DNA from: Acidobacteriota bacterium
GTDB taxonomy: Bacteria > Acidobacteriota > Polarisedimenticolia > J045
DNA length: 64,000 nucleotides
Assembly (NCBI GenBank): GCA_003696075.1
Contig: RFHH01000021.1
Coordinates: 7,881 to 71,880, forward strand
Direction: 5' to 3'
Positions 9,443 to 18,979 of this stretch are shown in pieces (the first letter of the stretch is position 1; every line of letters begins with the position of its first letter). Position numbers and translations under genes: made by a program. The notes beneath the pieces were generated by a model. The model did no database searches. It had not been told where the DNA came from and worked only from the letters and a program-made list of their open reading frames with translations.

Positions 9443-9615
9443 GGAGCCCTCCTGGGAGGGGGATTATTCAACACGGGCCGGGACTTCTCACCGGCTTGCC
9501 GGCGCCCGGCGCGGCGTGGGAGACTACCAGCACACCCCGGGGTGTCCCACGTCATGGAATCGTCCGCCCTGACAACCTCGCCTCGCGCCGACGGCCTGGG
9601 CGCCGGGAGAAGACC

Positions 9616-12600
9616 GTGAGCTCTGGCGAACGACCGGCGGGGGCTCTGACCGGCAAGACGCTGGCCGGGTACCGGATCCTCGAACTCATCGGTGCGGGCG
9701 CGATGGGGGAGGTGTACCGCGCCTACCACATGCGGCTGCGGCGGACGGTCGCGATCAAGGTCCTGCGCGACGAGGAATTCGCGGGGTACCGATCGCGGCA
9801 GCGTTTCATCCGCGAGGTGAGGCTCGCCTCCCGGATCATGCACCCGTACGTCACGACGGTTCTCGACGTCGTCGAATCGGAGGCGGGAACGCTCCTGGTC
9901 CAGGAGTACGTCGACGGGCGCCGGCTCGACGCACTCCTCCGCGAGCGCAAGCTGTCTGCCGAGGAAGCGCTCCGGTACGCGCTCGAGCTGTGCGAAGCCC
10001 TCTGCGCGGTGCACGACGCGGGGTTCGTCCACCGCGACATCAAGCCGGCCAACGTGATGATCACGAAGTCCGGCCACGTCAAGCTGCTCGACCTGGGCAT
10101 CGCCCGCCGTATTCGCCCGCCGGCGTTGAGGGCCGTCGAGGCGGACGACCAGACGACGATCGACCCGACGCTCACGGAGCCCGGGGGCCAGCCGGGCACC
10201 GTCCCGTACATGTCGCCCGAGCAGGCGCGGGGAGAGCCTCCCGATCCGCGGAGCGATCTGTTCGCTCTCGGAGTGGTCCTCTGGGAGATGCTCACCGGGG
10301 AACACCCGTTCGCCCGAGCGAGTGCGCACGAGACGGTCGCCGCCATCCTCACGGAACCGCCCGGTCGGGGCGCCGTCCCGCGCTGCTTCACCGAGTTCCC
10401 CGCGGTGCGCGTCGTGCTCGACCGGTTGTTGGCCAAACGGCGGGAGGACCGGTACCCCGACGCCCGGACGGCGGCGGCGGCTTTGCGCGGCGCGCTCCCC
10501 GCCGTGACCTCTCCCGGAACGACGTCGGAAGGGTGGCCGGGCACGATCCGGACCAGGCCGGTGCGGTGGATCGGCGTTTCGCTGGCTTTCCTCGCCGTGG
10601 CGCTGGCGGCGGCGGGCGCCTGGTGGTGGCGCGAAGCGGCGAGCCGGGCGGGGCCGCAGCGCCCGGCGCTCGCCGTGCTGCCGCTCGCCGACCGGACCGG
10701 TGAACCGGAGGGAGACCTCCACGCCGCGATGCTGGCCGGCCTGGTCACCGCCGATCTCGGTGGCCTGCGGTCCCTGCGCACGATTCCACACGAGCGAATC
10801 CTCGAGATCCTCGCCGGCGCGGCCGACGAGCCGCTCGCCGCGAAGATCGAGCGCGTGCGGCGGGAAACGTCCGCGCGGTGGGTCGCCGCCGGCACGCTCT
10901 GGCGGGAAGGCTCGTCCTATTTCGCGACGTTCGACGTGTACGGCCCGTCGGGCACCGAAGCGGAGACGACCTTCCGGGTGGGGGCGGGCGGCGTCGTCGG
11001 CCTCGCGGACCAGGCCGGTCCGCGGATCCTCCGCGCGATCGTCCCCGAGGCGGCGCCCCCGCCGCCCCAGCCGGCCCGGCCCGCGTCCGACGCCGCGGCC
11101 CAGGCGGCCTACGAGGGGGCGCAGGCACTGCGCGAGATGCGGCTCTCGCGCGCGATCGGCCGGCTGGAGGAGTCGGTCCGGCAGGACCCCGAATACGCGG
11201 AGGGCTGGCTCCTCCTGGCGCGCGCGCTCGACGAGGCCGGATTCGGCGAGCGGGCGCGCCGTGCCGCCCGCCGCGCCGTCCGCCTCCTCGAGGAGAGCCG
11301 GGACGGAAGCGATCCTCGTCTCGTCCGGGCCCGCGCGGTGGCGGCGAGGATCGAGCAGCGGCGCGAAGAGGAACTCGAGGCCTGGCGCGCTCTCGTGCGC
11401 GATTATCCCGACGACCCGGAGTTCCACACGGAACTCGCGGAAGCGCTGCTGGCCGATGGCCGGCGCGAGGAGGCGCTGGCGGAAGCGGAGCGCGCCGTCG
11501 CCATCGAGCCGCGCTCGCCACGGGCTCTGCTCGCGCGCGCCCGGGCGCTGGCCTTGACCGGCGACCCGGAGAGCGCCCGCCGGGACCTCGACCGCGCCGA
11601 ACGGATCTTCCGGGAGCTCGGCAGCCCCGCGGGCCAGGCCGCGGTGCGCATCGGCCGGGGACACCTCGCGAGATCGGAAGGCGATCTCGCCGGTGCGCTC
11701 GAGCTGTACGCGGAGGCGGCCGATCTTCTCCGCGATGCCGGCCTGGAGGCGCGGGCGGTGCAGGCGGACCTGGAGGCGGGATTGATGGCGTTGCGGCTCG
11801 GTCGGCTCGACGAGGCGAGGCGCAGGATCGATGCCGCGATCGGCCCGGCGCACCGCTTCGGGACCTACCGGGCGATCGTCCATTCCCGGGCCAGTCTCGG
11901 TACCTACGCCTTCGCCGCCGGCGACTACGGCACGGCGGAGCGCGAGCTGCGGGCCGCCCTCGAAACCGCCGCCACACTCGAGAATCCGGCCGTCGCCCTC
12001 GACCCTCTGATCAATCTCACCAGCCTCCTGCTCTATCTCGGCCGGAGGGCCGAGGCCCGCAGCCGGGCGGAGGAGGCGTTGTCGGCCGCCCGCAGCCTCG
12101 GTCACAAACCCGCCGAGATGCGCGCGCTCACGCTGCTCGCCGAAACGGAGCTCGAGGAGGGACACCTGCAGGAAGGAATCGCCGCCGAGCGGGAGGTGCT
12201 CCGTCTGGCGGCCGGCGTCCCGGAGGCGCGCCAAACCCTGGGCTACACCCACAGCTCCCTGGCGCTCGCCCTCGAGGCGGCGGGGAACGTCGGCGAGGCG
12301 CTGGAGGAGATCGACGCCGCTCTCGCTCTCGACGCCGAGCACGGGCTGTCCGAGGACGTGGCCGCGACGCGCATCGAGAAGGCTCTCATCCTCGCGCGGT
12401 ACGGCGACGCCGAGAGCGCCCGGGCGGAGATCGACGCGGTCGAGGCCTCGGGAGTGGCGGAGCAGGACCCGTCCGGCGAGTTGTCGGTGTGGATCGCGCA
12501 CGCGCGCTCCGTGCTGGCGTGGTCCTCGGGGGACCTGAGCGAGGCGGAGCGGCAGTTCCGGGTCGCGATCGAGCGGTCGCCGACCACTCTGCCGCTCGCC

Positions 12601-13041
12601 GGCGAGGTGAACCGGTTGGGAGCACGCCTCGCGCTCGCGAGAGGGCGGTACCGGGAAGCGGAGAAGCTGGCCCGCGCCGTTCTCGAGAATCCCGGGGCGG
12701 GCGCCCTGGTGCGGAACGATGCGCGGACGCTGCTGGCGCGCGCGCTCGCCGCCGGTGGGAGGATGGAGGAGGCGCAGCGGCTGGCACGGCTCTCGCTGGA
12801 GGAGGCCGAACGGTTCGGTGCCCCTCGGCTCGCCGCCTCGGCGGCGGCGGCCCTGCTCGAAGCGGGAGAGGTCGCGGACCGGCAGGTCGTGCGCGAACGG
12901 GGGCTTCGCGCGTTGAGGCGGGTCCTCGACGGGATCCCCGAGGACCGGCGGGCCGCGGCGGCGCGTCAGACGGAGCTGGCACGCGTGATCGAGATTCTCG
13001 AACGGCGCACGGGAAGGGGCGCCGGGGAGGGTGATGCATGA
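9616..13041 (+). CDS. Ser/Thr protein kinase with one TM helix and a long extracytoplasmic/TPR-repeat region
   Basis: GTG at 9616 is preceded by GGGAGA with a 5-nt spacer. Kinase motifs: GAGAMGEVY, VAIK, HRDIKPANV, DLGIA, PYMSPE. TM helix WIGVSLAFLAVALAAAGAWWW. Many TPR-like repeats follow downstream. Confidence 0.88.
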   Translation: MSSGERPAGALTGKTLAGYRILELIGAGAMGEVYRAYHMRLRRTVAIKVLRDEEFAGYRSRQRFIREVRLASRIMHPYVTTVLDVVESEAGTLLVQEYVDGRRLDALLRERKLSAEEALRYALELCEALCAVHDAGFVHRDIKPANVMITKSGHVKLLDLGIARRIRPPALRAVEADDQTTIDPTLTEPGGQPGTVPYMSPEQARGEPPDPRSDLFALGVVLWEMLTGEHPFARASAHETVAAILTEPPGRGAVPRCFTEFPAVRVVLDRLLAKRREDRYPDARTAAAALRGALPAVTSPGTTSEGWPGTIRTRPVRWIGVSLAFLAVALAAAGAWWWREAASRAGPQRPALAVLPLADRTGEPEGDLHAAMLAGLVTADLGGLRSLRTIPHERILEILAGAADEPLAAKIERVRRETSARWVAAGTLWREGSSYFATFDVYGPSGTEAETTFRVGAGGVVGLADQAGPRILRAIVPEAAPPPPQPARPASDAAAQAAYEGAQALREMRLSRAIGRLEESVRQDPEYAEGWLLLARALDEAGFGERARRAARRAVRLLEESRDGSDPRLVRARAVAARIEQRREEELEAWRALVRDYPDDPEFHTELAEALLADGRREEALAEAERAVAIEPRSPRALLARARALALTGDPESARRDLDRAERIFRELGSPAGQAAVRIGRGHLARSEGDLAGALELYAEAADLLRDAGLEARAVQADLEAGLMALRLGRLDEARRRIDAAIGPAHRFGTYRAIVHSRASLGTYAFAAGDYGTAERELRAALETAATLENPAVALDPLINLTSLLLYLGRRAEARSRAEEALSAARSLGHKPAEMRALTLLAETELEEGHLQEGIAAEREVLRLAAGVPEARQTLGYTHSSLALALEAAGNVGEALEEIDAALALDAEHGLSEDVAATRIEKALILARYGDAESARAEIDAVEASGVAEQDPSGELSVWIAHARSVLAWSSGDLSEAERQFRVAIERSPTTLPLAGEVNRLGARLALARGRYREAEKLARAVLENPGAGALVRNDARTLLARALAAGGRMEEAQRLARLSLEEAERFGAPRLAASAAAALLEAGEVADRQVVRERGLRALRRVLDGIPEDRRAAAARQTELARVIEILERRTGRGAGEGDA

Positions 13042-13514
13042 GCGGTAAGTCGGACGTCGTCGGCAGACCGAGGAAATCGATCTGGGTCGATCCTACGCCC
13101 ACGGGAACCCAGGTCTTCCTGGACGGGGAGACGGCCTCGCCGCGCATGGTCGGGCCGGGCGACCGGACGCTGAACGGGAACGCCTTCGGCGAGATCGTCG
13201 AGTTCCGCGTGGAGGCGCCCCCGGGGACGCCGGTGGCGGACCTCGACGCCGCCACGCTGGAGCTCTCGGGGCCGTTCGGGGGCACGGTGATCCTGAAGGT
13301 CGAACGGGCCCTGGACGAGACGATCCGGTGGAGCATGGTGCAGGACGGGACCGAAACGGAGCTGGTCGCTCGCGAGGCGGACGGCCGGTGGCGCGAGGAT
13401 CTGCTCGGCCCGGCCCAGCAGGGGAGCTTCCGGCGCCGCGGGGCACCTGCCGGCACGACGGAGCCGCTCCCCCCGGGCGCCCGCCTCGTCGTCCGCACCC
13501 AGGCGGCGTTCTGA
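13038..13514 (+). CDS. Hypothetical protein (158 aa), translationally coupled to the kinase gene
   Basis: The ATG overlaps the kinase stop (ATGA). Third-position GC is high and the composition is normal. I recognise no domain. Confidence 0.65.
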   Translation: MSGKSDVVGRPRKSIWVDPTPTGTQVFLDGETASPRMVGPGDRTLNGNAFGEIVEFRVEAPPGTPVADLDAATLELSGPFGGTVILKVERALDETIRWSMVQDGTETELVAREADGRWREDLLGPAQQGSFRRRGAPAGTTEPLPPGARLVVRTQAAF

Positions 13515-13553
13515 CCGCGAGCCCCCGGATCTGCTGGCCGGAGGGCTTCGCCC

Positions 13554-14429
13554 TCAGAACAGCACGGGATCGAGCAGGGCCCGCGGGTCGAACGGTTCGG
13601 TTCCGATCTTCGCGCCCCAGTGCAGGTGAGGGCCGGTCACGCGGCCCGTGGCGCCCGATGCGCCGATCCGCTGGCCGGCGCGGACCGCCTCCCCCTCCCG
13701 CACCTCGATCCGGTCGAGATGGGCGTAGATCGTGAACAGACCGGCCCCGTGGTCGATGATCACGGTGTTGCCCGAGTAGTAGAGATCTCCGGCGAGCGCC
13801 ACGACGCCGGGGCCCGAGGCGCGCACCGGGGTCCCGCGCGCCGCTTTCAGGTCGAGCCCGGGATGGGGATCGCGTGGCTTGCCGTTGAAGAACCTGCGCG
13901 TCCCGAACACCGAGGTCGGCTCCCCGGGGACGGGTGCCACGAAGGGGCCCAAAGGGCCGGGCGGCGCGGTGCGGCGAGCGTAGATCCGCTGCAGCCGGGA
14001 GCGCTCGCGCTGGAGGCGCTCGCGAACGCCCGCCGGCGGCTCGACGTAGCGCGGAGCGACCCGGATCTCCTCCCGCGGAAAGTCCCGCGCAACCACATCG
14101 ACGGCGCGGGCGCCGGCCACGGGCCGCCCCGCCTCGGTCCGCCCGGAAACCTCGATCACCGCCGGTCCCGGGTCCGCGTCGAGCGGCACGAGGGCCCAGG
14201 ACCACCAGCGCGCCCGCCCGCCCGGCGACGCCACGAAGCTCAGCGGGCGGCCCAAGAAATGGCCCCGAAGATCCTCGAGCGGTACCGGCGACGCGACGAT
14301 CACCCGGAGCGGCTCGCCGGGAGCGATCGCTCGCGCCCTGACCTCGATCGACAGGCCCGCTCCCCCCGAGGCCGCCCCCGCACCGAAGCCGGCGGCGAGC
14401 GCCGCCGCGAGCGCCGCCGCCCGGATCAC
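13554..14429 (-). CDS. M23-family metallopeptidase (LytM/NlpD-like) with a signal peptide
   Basis: This is the C-terminal part of track ORF 13554..15311. The GTG start (VIRAAALAAALAAG) overlaps the upstream stop (GTGA). Motifs seen: HPGLDL, DHGAGLFTIYAHL, GPHLHW. Confidence 0.85.
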   Translation of the reverse strand: MIRAAALAAALAAGFGAGAASGGAGLSIEVRARAIAPGEPLRVIVASPVPLEDLRGHFLGRPLSFVASPGGRARWWSWALVPLDADPGPAVIEVSGRTEAGRPVAGARAVDVVARDFPREEIRVAPRYVEPPAGVRERLQRERSRLQRIYARRTAPPGPLGPFVAPVPGEPTSVFGTRRFFNGKPRDPHPGLDLKAARGTPVRASGPGVVALAGDLYYSGNTVIIDHGAGLFTIYAHLDRIEVREGEAVRAGQRIGASGATGRVTGPHLHWGAKIGTEPFDPRALLDPVLF

Positions 14430-15598
14430 CGGATCCCCTCCTCGTCGAGCCGTTCTCCGGCGAGCCTCGCCACCTCCGCGTAGTAGGCCGCGCCGATCGG
14501 AAGAACGGCCTCGTCGAAGTCGAACCGGCTCGTGTGGGGAGGATGGACCTCCGCGCCGGCGCGCCGCGCCCCGAAGCGGACGTAACAGCCGGGGATCTTC
14601 TCGAGGTAGCAGCCGAAGTCTTCCGCGCCCAGATTCGGTTCGCTCATCGCAGCGAGACCGGCCTCCCCGCAGATCCGGCGGACCGCTTCGCGGGCCAGCG
14701 CCGCAAGCCGCGGGTCGTTGACCACCGGCGGCGTCCCGCCGGCGAACTCCAGCGCGCCCCGGCACCGATGCGCGGCGGCGATTCGCTCCGTGACGCGCCC
14801 GAGCGCCGTCTTGATCGCCTCGCGGACCTCTCGATCGAGTGCTCGAACGGTGCCGCTCAGGACCGCGTCGCCGGCGACGACGTTCGCCGCCGTCCCGGCT
14901 TCCATTCTCCCCACGGTCACCACCGCCGGGCGTCCCGGCGCGATCTCGCGCGCCACGATCGACTGAATCGCCACGACGAGATGGGCAGCGGCGAGGAGGG
15001 CGTCTCTTGCCTCCTGCGGGCGCGCGCCGTGGCCTCCGCGGCCCGACACGCGAATGGTGAACCGGTCCGAAGAGGCGTTCACCGCCCCGTCGGTCACCGC
15101 GATGACGCCGGTATCGAAACGCGGATCGATATGCCCGCCGAAGATCGCCGCGGCGCCTTCCAAAACGCCCGCCTCGATGAGGGCTCGGGCTCCTCCGCCC
15201 CGCTCCTCCGCCGGCTGCCAGAGCAGCCGGACGGTGCGAGGTGGAGGATCGCCTGCCGCGAGCAGCTCGGCCGCTCCGACGAGCATCGCCGCGTGCCCGT
15301 CGTGGCCGCACGCGTGCATGACTCCCGGATGCTCGGAAGCGAACGGCAGGCCCGTCTCTTCCGCGATCGGCAGTGCGTCCAGATCGGCCCTGAGGAGGAT
15401 CGCGCCCCCCCGACCCGCTCCGGGGACCTCCGCCACCACCCCGTGACCGCCGACGGGTGCGGAGACGGGCAGGCCGATCCGGCGCAGCTCCGAGGCCACC
15501 ACCGCGGCCGTCCTCTCCTCTTTCCCGGAAAGCTCCGGCCGCCGGTGCAGCGCGCGGCGGAGCGCGACGAGGCGGCCGGCGAGTTCGTCGGCGTTCAT
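14426..15598 (-). CDS. M20-family amidohydrolase (N-acyl-amino-acid amidohydrolase / hippurate hydrolase type)
   Basis: ATG at 15596-15598 (MNADELAGRLVALRR). Motifs seen: MHACGHDGH and the rest of the M20D fold. Confidence 0.88.
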   Translation of the reverse strand: MNADELAGRLVALRRALHRRPELSGKEERTAAVVASELRRIGLPVSAPVGGHGVVAEVPGAGRGGAILLRADLDALPIAEETGLPFASEHPGVMHACGHDGHAAMLVGAAELLAAGDPPPRTVRLLWQPAEERGGGARALIEAGVLEGAAAIFGGHIDPRFDTGVIAVTDGAVNASSDRFTIRVSGRGGHGARPQEARDALLAAAHLVVAIQSIVAREIAPGRPAVVTVGRMEAGTAANVVAGDAVLSGTVRALDREVREAIKTALGRVTERIAAAHRCRGALEFAGGTPPVVNDPRLAALAREAVRRICGEAGLAAMSEPNLGAEDFGCYLEKIPGCYVRFGARRAGAEVHPPHTSRFDFDEAVLPIGAAYYAEVARLAGERLDEEGIR

Positions 15599-15642
15599 GA
15601 CCACGAAGGCTACAGGCCTGAGCGCCGCCGGGGCAACGCCGC

Positions 15643-16434
15643 TCAGGGTTCCTGGATCCGGCGGACGATGCCGGGCACCAGACGCCTGGGGACGAAGCGC
15701 ACCGCGCAGGCGAGGAAGCGATTCGTCCACCCGGGCACGACCAGCCGCTTTCCCCGCATCATGGCCCGGTATCCGGCCCGCGCCACGGTGGCGGCGTCCA
15801 TCACGCCCCAGCGCCGGAACAGCCGCGACTCTTCCATCCCCGCACGGCGGGCGAATTCGCTCTCCGTCGGTCCGGGGCAAAGCGCGGTCACCGTGACGGG
15901 ACCGCCGCGCAACTCCTCGGCGAGGGCTTCGGAGAGGTGGAGGACGAACGCCTTCGTCGCGTAGTAGACGGCCATGAGCGGCCCCGGCTGGAAGGCGGCG
16001 GTCGAAGCCACGTTGAGGATGCGCCCTCTCCGGCGCTGCAGCATCCCAGGCAGCAGGGCCCGCGTGAGGTGCGTGACCGCGCTCACGTTGAGCTGGATCA
16101 TGGCGAGCAGCGTCTCGAGGTCGGTGTTGGCGAAGGGGCCGAAGCTGCCGAATCCGGCGTTGTTGACGAGGACGTCGACCTCGGCTCCGCCGAGCTCCTG
16201 CACGAGCGACCGCACGTCTTCCTGCCGCGAAAGGTCGCGGGCGAGCGCCTCCGCCCCGACGCCGTGGGCCGCGGTCATCTCCCGCGCCACCGCCGCCAGC
16301 CGATCCCGGCTGCGGGCCACCAGAATCAGATCGTGCCCGTCGGCGGCGAGCAGCCGCGTCAGCTCGTAGCCGATGCCGGTCGACGCCCCGGTCACGAGCG
16401 CCACCGACCGCCGCCGAGGCGCTCGGCCGCTCAT
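15643..16434 (-). CDS. SDR-family oxidoreductase
   Basis: TGASTGIG cofactor motif, NNAG, and a YxxxK region (YYATKAF). Confidence 0.9.
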   Translation of the reverse strand: MSGRAPRRRSVALVTGASTGIGYELTRLLAADGHDLILVARSRDRLAAVAREMTAAHGVGAEALARDLSRQEDVRSLVQELGGAEVDVLVNNAGFGSFGPFANTDLETLLAMIQLNVSAVTHLTRALLPGMLQRRRGRILNVASTAAFQPGPLMAVYYATKAFVLHLSEALAEELRGGPVTVTALCPGPTESEFARRAGMEESRLFRRWGVMDAATVARAGYRAMMRGKRLVVPGWTNRFLACAVRFVPRRLVPGIVRRIQEP

Positions 16435-17480
16435 GGAGCCGCTCTTCCCGCAGCGGCTCCCTTCACGAAGCGGACCGCCGCGAGGATCGCCTGGACCATG
16501 CCCTCCTCCGAGGCCACGCCGCGGCCGGCGATGTCCATCGCCGTCCCGTGATCCACCGACGTCCGGACGAACGGGAGACCGACGGTCACATTGACAGCTT
16601 TGCCCGCGTACAGGAGCTTGATCGGGATGGTCGCCTGGTCGTGGTAGAGCGCGAGAACGAGGTCGAACTCGCCGCGCCGGGCCCTGACGAAGATGCTGTC
16701 GGCGGGGAACGGGCCGTCCACCTTGACACCCTGCGCGCGGGCCTTCTCGACGGCAGGCGCCAGGTACTTCGCCTCCTCCACCCCGAACCGTCCGCCCTCG
16801 CTACCGTGCGGATTGAGCGCCGCCACGCCGATCCGAGGAGCGCTCCCCAAGAACCGGCGCCACTCGCGATCGAACAGTCGCAGCTTCCGGTAGACGAGCC
16901 CGGTCCGCACCTTCTTGAGCGCGTCGCGGAGGGACAGGTGCGTGCTGAGCAGCCCCACGGAAAACTGCTCGCTCCAGAACATCATGCCGACCTGCTTGGC
17001 CCCGGTGAGCCGGGCGAGCAGCTCGGTGTGCCCGGGGTCGGTGTAGCCGGCGAGCGCGAGCGCCTCCTTCTGCAGCGGCGCGGTGACGACGGCGTCCGCC
17101 AACCCGTCCATCGCGAGCTGCACCGCACGCTCCACCGCGACCGCCGCGGCCCGCCCCGAGTGGACGGAGATCTGTCCGGGGACGAGGCCCTGGTGAACGT
17201 GCGCCAGGTCGAGCAGCTGCGGGCGTTCCCACCTCCGGCCGCCGGGCGGCTCCGGAGAGACCGCCGCGAATGGCCACTTCAGCTTCAGCTCCCGCGCCGT
17301 GCGCCGGAGGTGCTGCTCGTCGCCGAGAACGAGCAGCCGCGCCGCGGTGGCGGCGCGTTCGTCCGAGACTGCCTTGAGAACGACCTCCGGGCCGATCCCG
17401 CAGGGGTCACCCGTGGTGACGGCAAGCAGCGGCTTGTCGGTCGGCCCCGGAGTCTCGTTCTCGGCGCCGCCGCTCCTCAT
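16431..17480 (-). CDS. pdxA: 4-hydroxythreonine-4-phosphate dehydrogenase PdxA
   Basis: Motifs seen: TTGDPCGIGPEV, GHTELLA, LNPHGSEGG, VDHGTA. The ATG overlaps the upstream stop (ATGA). Confidence 0.92.
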   Translation of the reverse strand: MRSGGAENETPGPTDKPLLAVTTGDPCGIGPEVVLKAVSDERAATAARLLVLGDEQHLRRTARELKLKWPFAAVSPEPPGGRRWERPQLLDLAHVHQGLVPGQISVHSGRAAAVAVERAVQLAMDGLADAVVTAPLQKEALALAGYTDPGHTELLARLTGAKQVGMMFWSEQFSVGLLSTHLSLRDALKKVRTGLVYRKLRLFDREWRRFLGSAPRIGVAALNPHGSEGGRFGVEEAKYLAPAVEKARAQGVKVDGPFPADSIFVRARRGEFDLVLALYHDQATIPIKLLYAGKAVNVTVGLPFVRTSVDHGTAMDIAGRGVASEEGMVQAILAAVRFVKGAAAGRAAP

Positions 17481-17821
17481 GCGTCGAGATTGGCTTCCGG
17501 ATCCTTGTAGATGTACTTGATGTGCTGCTTGAAGATCAGGACGTTCGGCTCGGTGTTGCTGTGCACCTTGATGCAGTCCTGGTCATACCACTCGATCCAG
17601 CCTTTCCGCTGCTCACCATCGGTCAAGACGACGACGACCGGCGTCTTGGCGTTCATCTGCTTGAGATAGTAGAACTCCTCGGCGTGCGTCTTCTCCGGAG
17701 GGGGCGTGCGGCGCCTCGGCGCCTCATTCCCGTGGTGAGAGTTCCGGCCGCCGAACCTCCGGCCGTTTCCTTCGCCGAGCCCTCGCCTCAGCTGTCTTCT
17801 TTCCACGGTCTTCGTCTCCAT
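17477..17821 (-). CDS. Hfq-like Sm-fold RNA-binding protein with an N-terminal Arg/Gly-rich extension
   Basis: The core PVVVVLTDGEQRKGWIEWYDQDCIKV...VLIFKQHIKYIY follows the Hfq Sm1/Sm2 pattern (PV.IYL.NG..L.G.I..FD.F.I.L...VYKHAI). Local GC drops to roughly 55%. The start is ATG 17821, or GTG 15 nt downstream. Confidence 0.65.
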   Translation of the reverse strand: METKTVERRQLRRGLGEGNGRRFGGRNSHHGNEAPRRRTPPPEKTHAEEFYYLKQMNAKTPVVVVLTDGEQRKGWIEWYDQDCIKVHSNTEPNVLIFKQHIKYIYKDPEANLDA

Positions 17822-17947
17822 TGGGTTTGGGCAGACGATAGCATGCGCTCCGGCACCCGCTCAACGAGTCCGGCACCAGCCGCGCGTCCGGCCCGCGGGA
17901 ACCGGCGAACCGCGTGCCGGCGGCCGTTTTTCCGCCTCCCACCCGGG

Positions 17948-18979
17948 CTAACGGACGACAAAACGGTCGCGGTACTCGTCGGGGATCCTGTCCGCGTAGT
18001 CCTTTCTGACCTCGATTCTCGCGGAGGCGATCAGCTCGTCCAGATACTTCCGGTAGGCCTCTTCGAATTTCCTGTCCCTGCAAGCCTTTTCGCAGTCGTC
18101 CCGGACCTCCTCGAACGGCTTGACGACCGCCTCTTTCCGCTCCTCGAGCCGCAGGATGTGCCAGCCCTGGTCCGTGCGGACCGGTCGTGAGACCTCGCCG
18201 GGGGCGAGCTCCTCGAGGGCGGCCGCGATCTCGGGGCGCAGGTCGTCCGGGTTCACGGGGCCGATGCGCCCGCCGATCGACTTCGACGCCGCCTCGGAGT
18301 ATTTCTGGACGAGGTCACCGAAATCGGCGCCGGCGGCCGCCTCGGCGGCGATCTTCGCTGCGCGTTCGGCGAGCGCATCGGGATCCGACCCGTTCCGGTC
18401 CAGCAGCACGATCTCGCGGAACACCACCGAAGCCTCGGTGGAGAACAGCTCCCGGTGCTGCTCGTAGTAAGCGCGCGCTTCCTCTTCCGATACGCCGAGC
18501 GAATTCCGGACCTGCGTGTCGATGACATACTCAGGCATCGTGACGAGAAGGAGCGCCCGCTCCAGCTCCGACCGGTCCATCTGATACTTGCTGCGGAGCA
18601 CTTCCTCCAGCTCCGCTTCGTTCGCCACTCCTTCGCGCTGCATGAACCGCTTCACCAGGTCCTTCTTGACCGCATCGAGATCGAAGAGCTGCTCCGCCTC
18701 CTGCAGCAAGAGATGTCGTTGGATTGCCTGCATCAAGACCGCCTGCCGCACCTCGTTCACGCGCCGGGCCAGCTCGCTGGCGGGCAGCCCTTTGTTCTGG
18801 AGTACCTCGGCGACCGCCTGGCGCTCCTGTTCGAGCAGCTCGGAAAGCGTCACGATGTCGTCGTTCACCCAGCAGACGATGTCCTCCACGAGCCGCTCGC
18901 CCGACGCGTCACCGGCTGCGGCGGGAACCGCGGCGAGCGCCGTACCGAGAAGGATCGCCGACAGCAGGAACGATCTCAC
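17948..18979 (-). CDS. surA: SurA-like periplasmic chaperone / parvulin-type peptidyl-prolyl isomerase
   Basis: It has a signal peptide (MRSFLLSAILLGTALAAVPAAAG), a SurA N-terminal-like region and one PpiC-type domain (GGRIGPV...GWHILRLEE). The GTG start overlaps the upstream stop. Confidence 0.8.
   Translation of the reverse strand: MRSFLLSAILLGTALAAVPAAAGDASGERLVEDIVCWVNDDIVTLSELLEQERQAVAEVLQNKGLPASELARRVNEVRQAVLMQAIQRHLLLQEAEQLFDLDAVKKDLVKRFMQREGVANEAELEEVLRSKYQMDRSELERALLLVTMPEYVIDTQVRNSLGVSEEEARAYYEQHRELFSTEASVVFREIVLLDRNGSDPDALAERAAKIAAEAAAGADFGDLVQKYSEAASKSIGGRIGPVNPDDLRPEIAAALEELAPGEVSRPVRTDQGWHILRLEERKEAVVKPFEEVRDDCEKACRDRKFEEAYRKYLDELIASARIEVRKDYADRIPDEYRDRFVVR

Noticed and set aside
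9415-12501. 1028-aa ORF antisense to the Ser/Thr kinase gene
   Set aside because: It has Arg/Gly/Pro-rich low-complexity composition and no recognisable motif, and it is fully antisense to a gene with clear kinase and TPR motifs. This is the typical stop-free shadow frame of 70% GC DNA.
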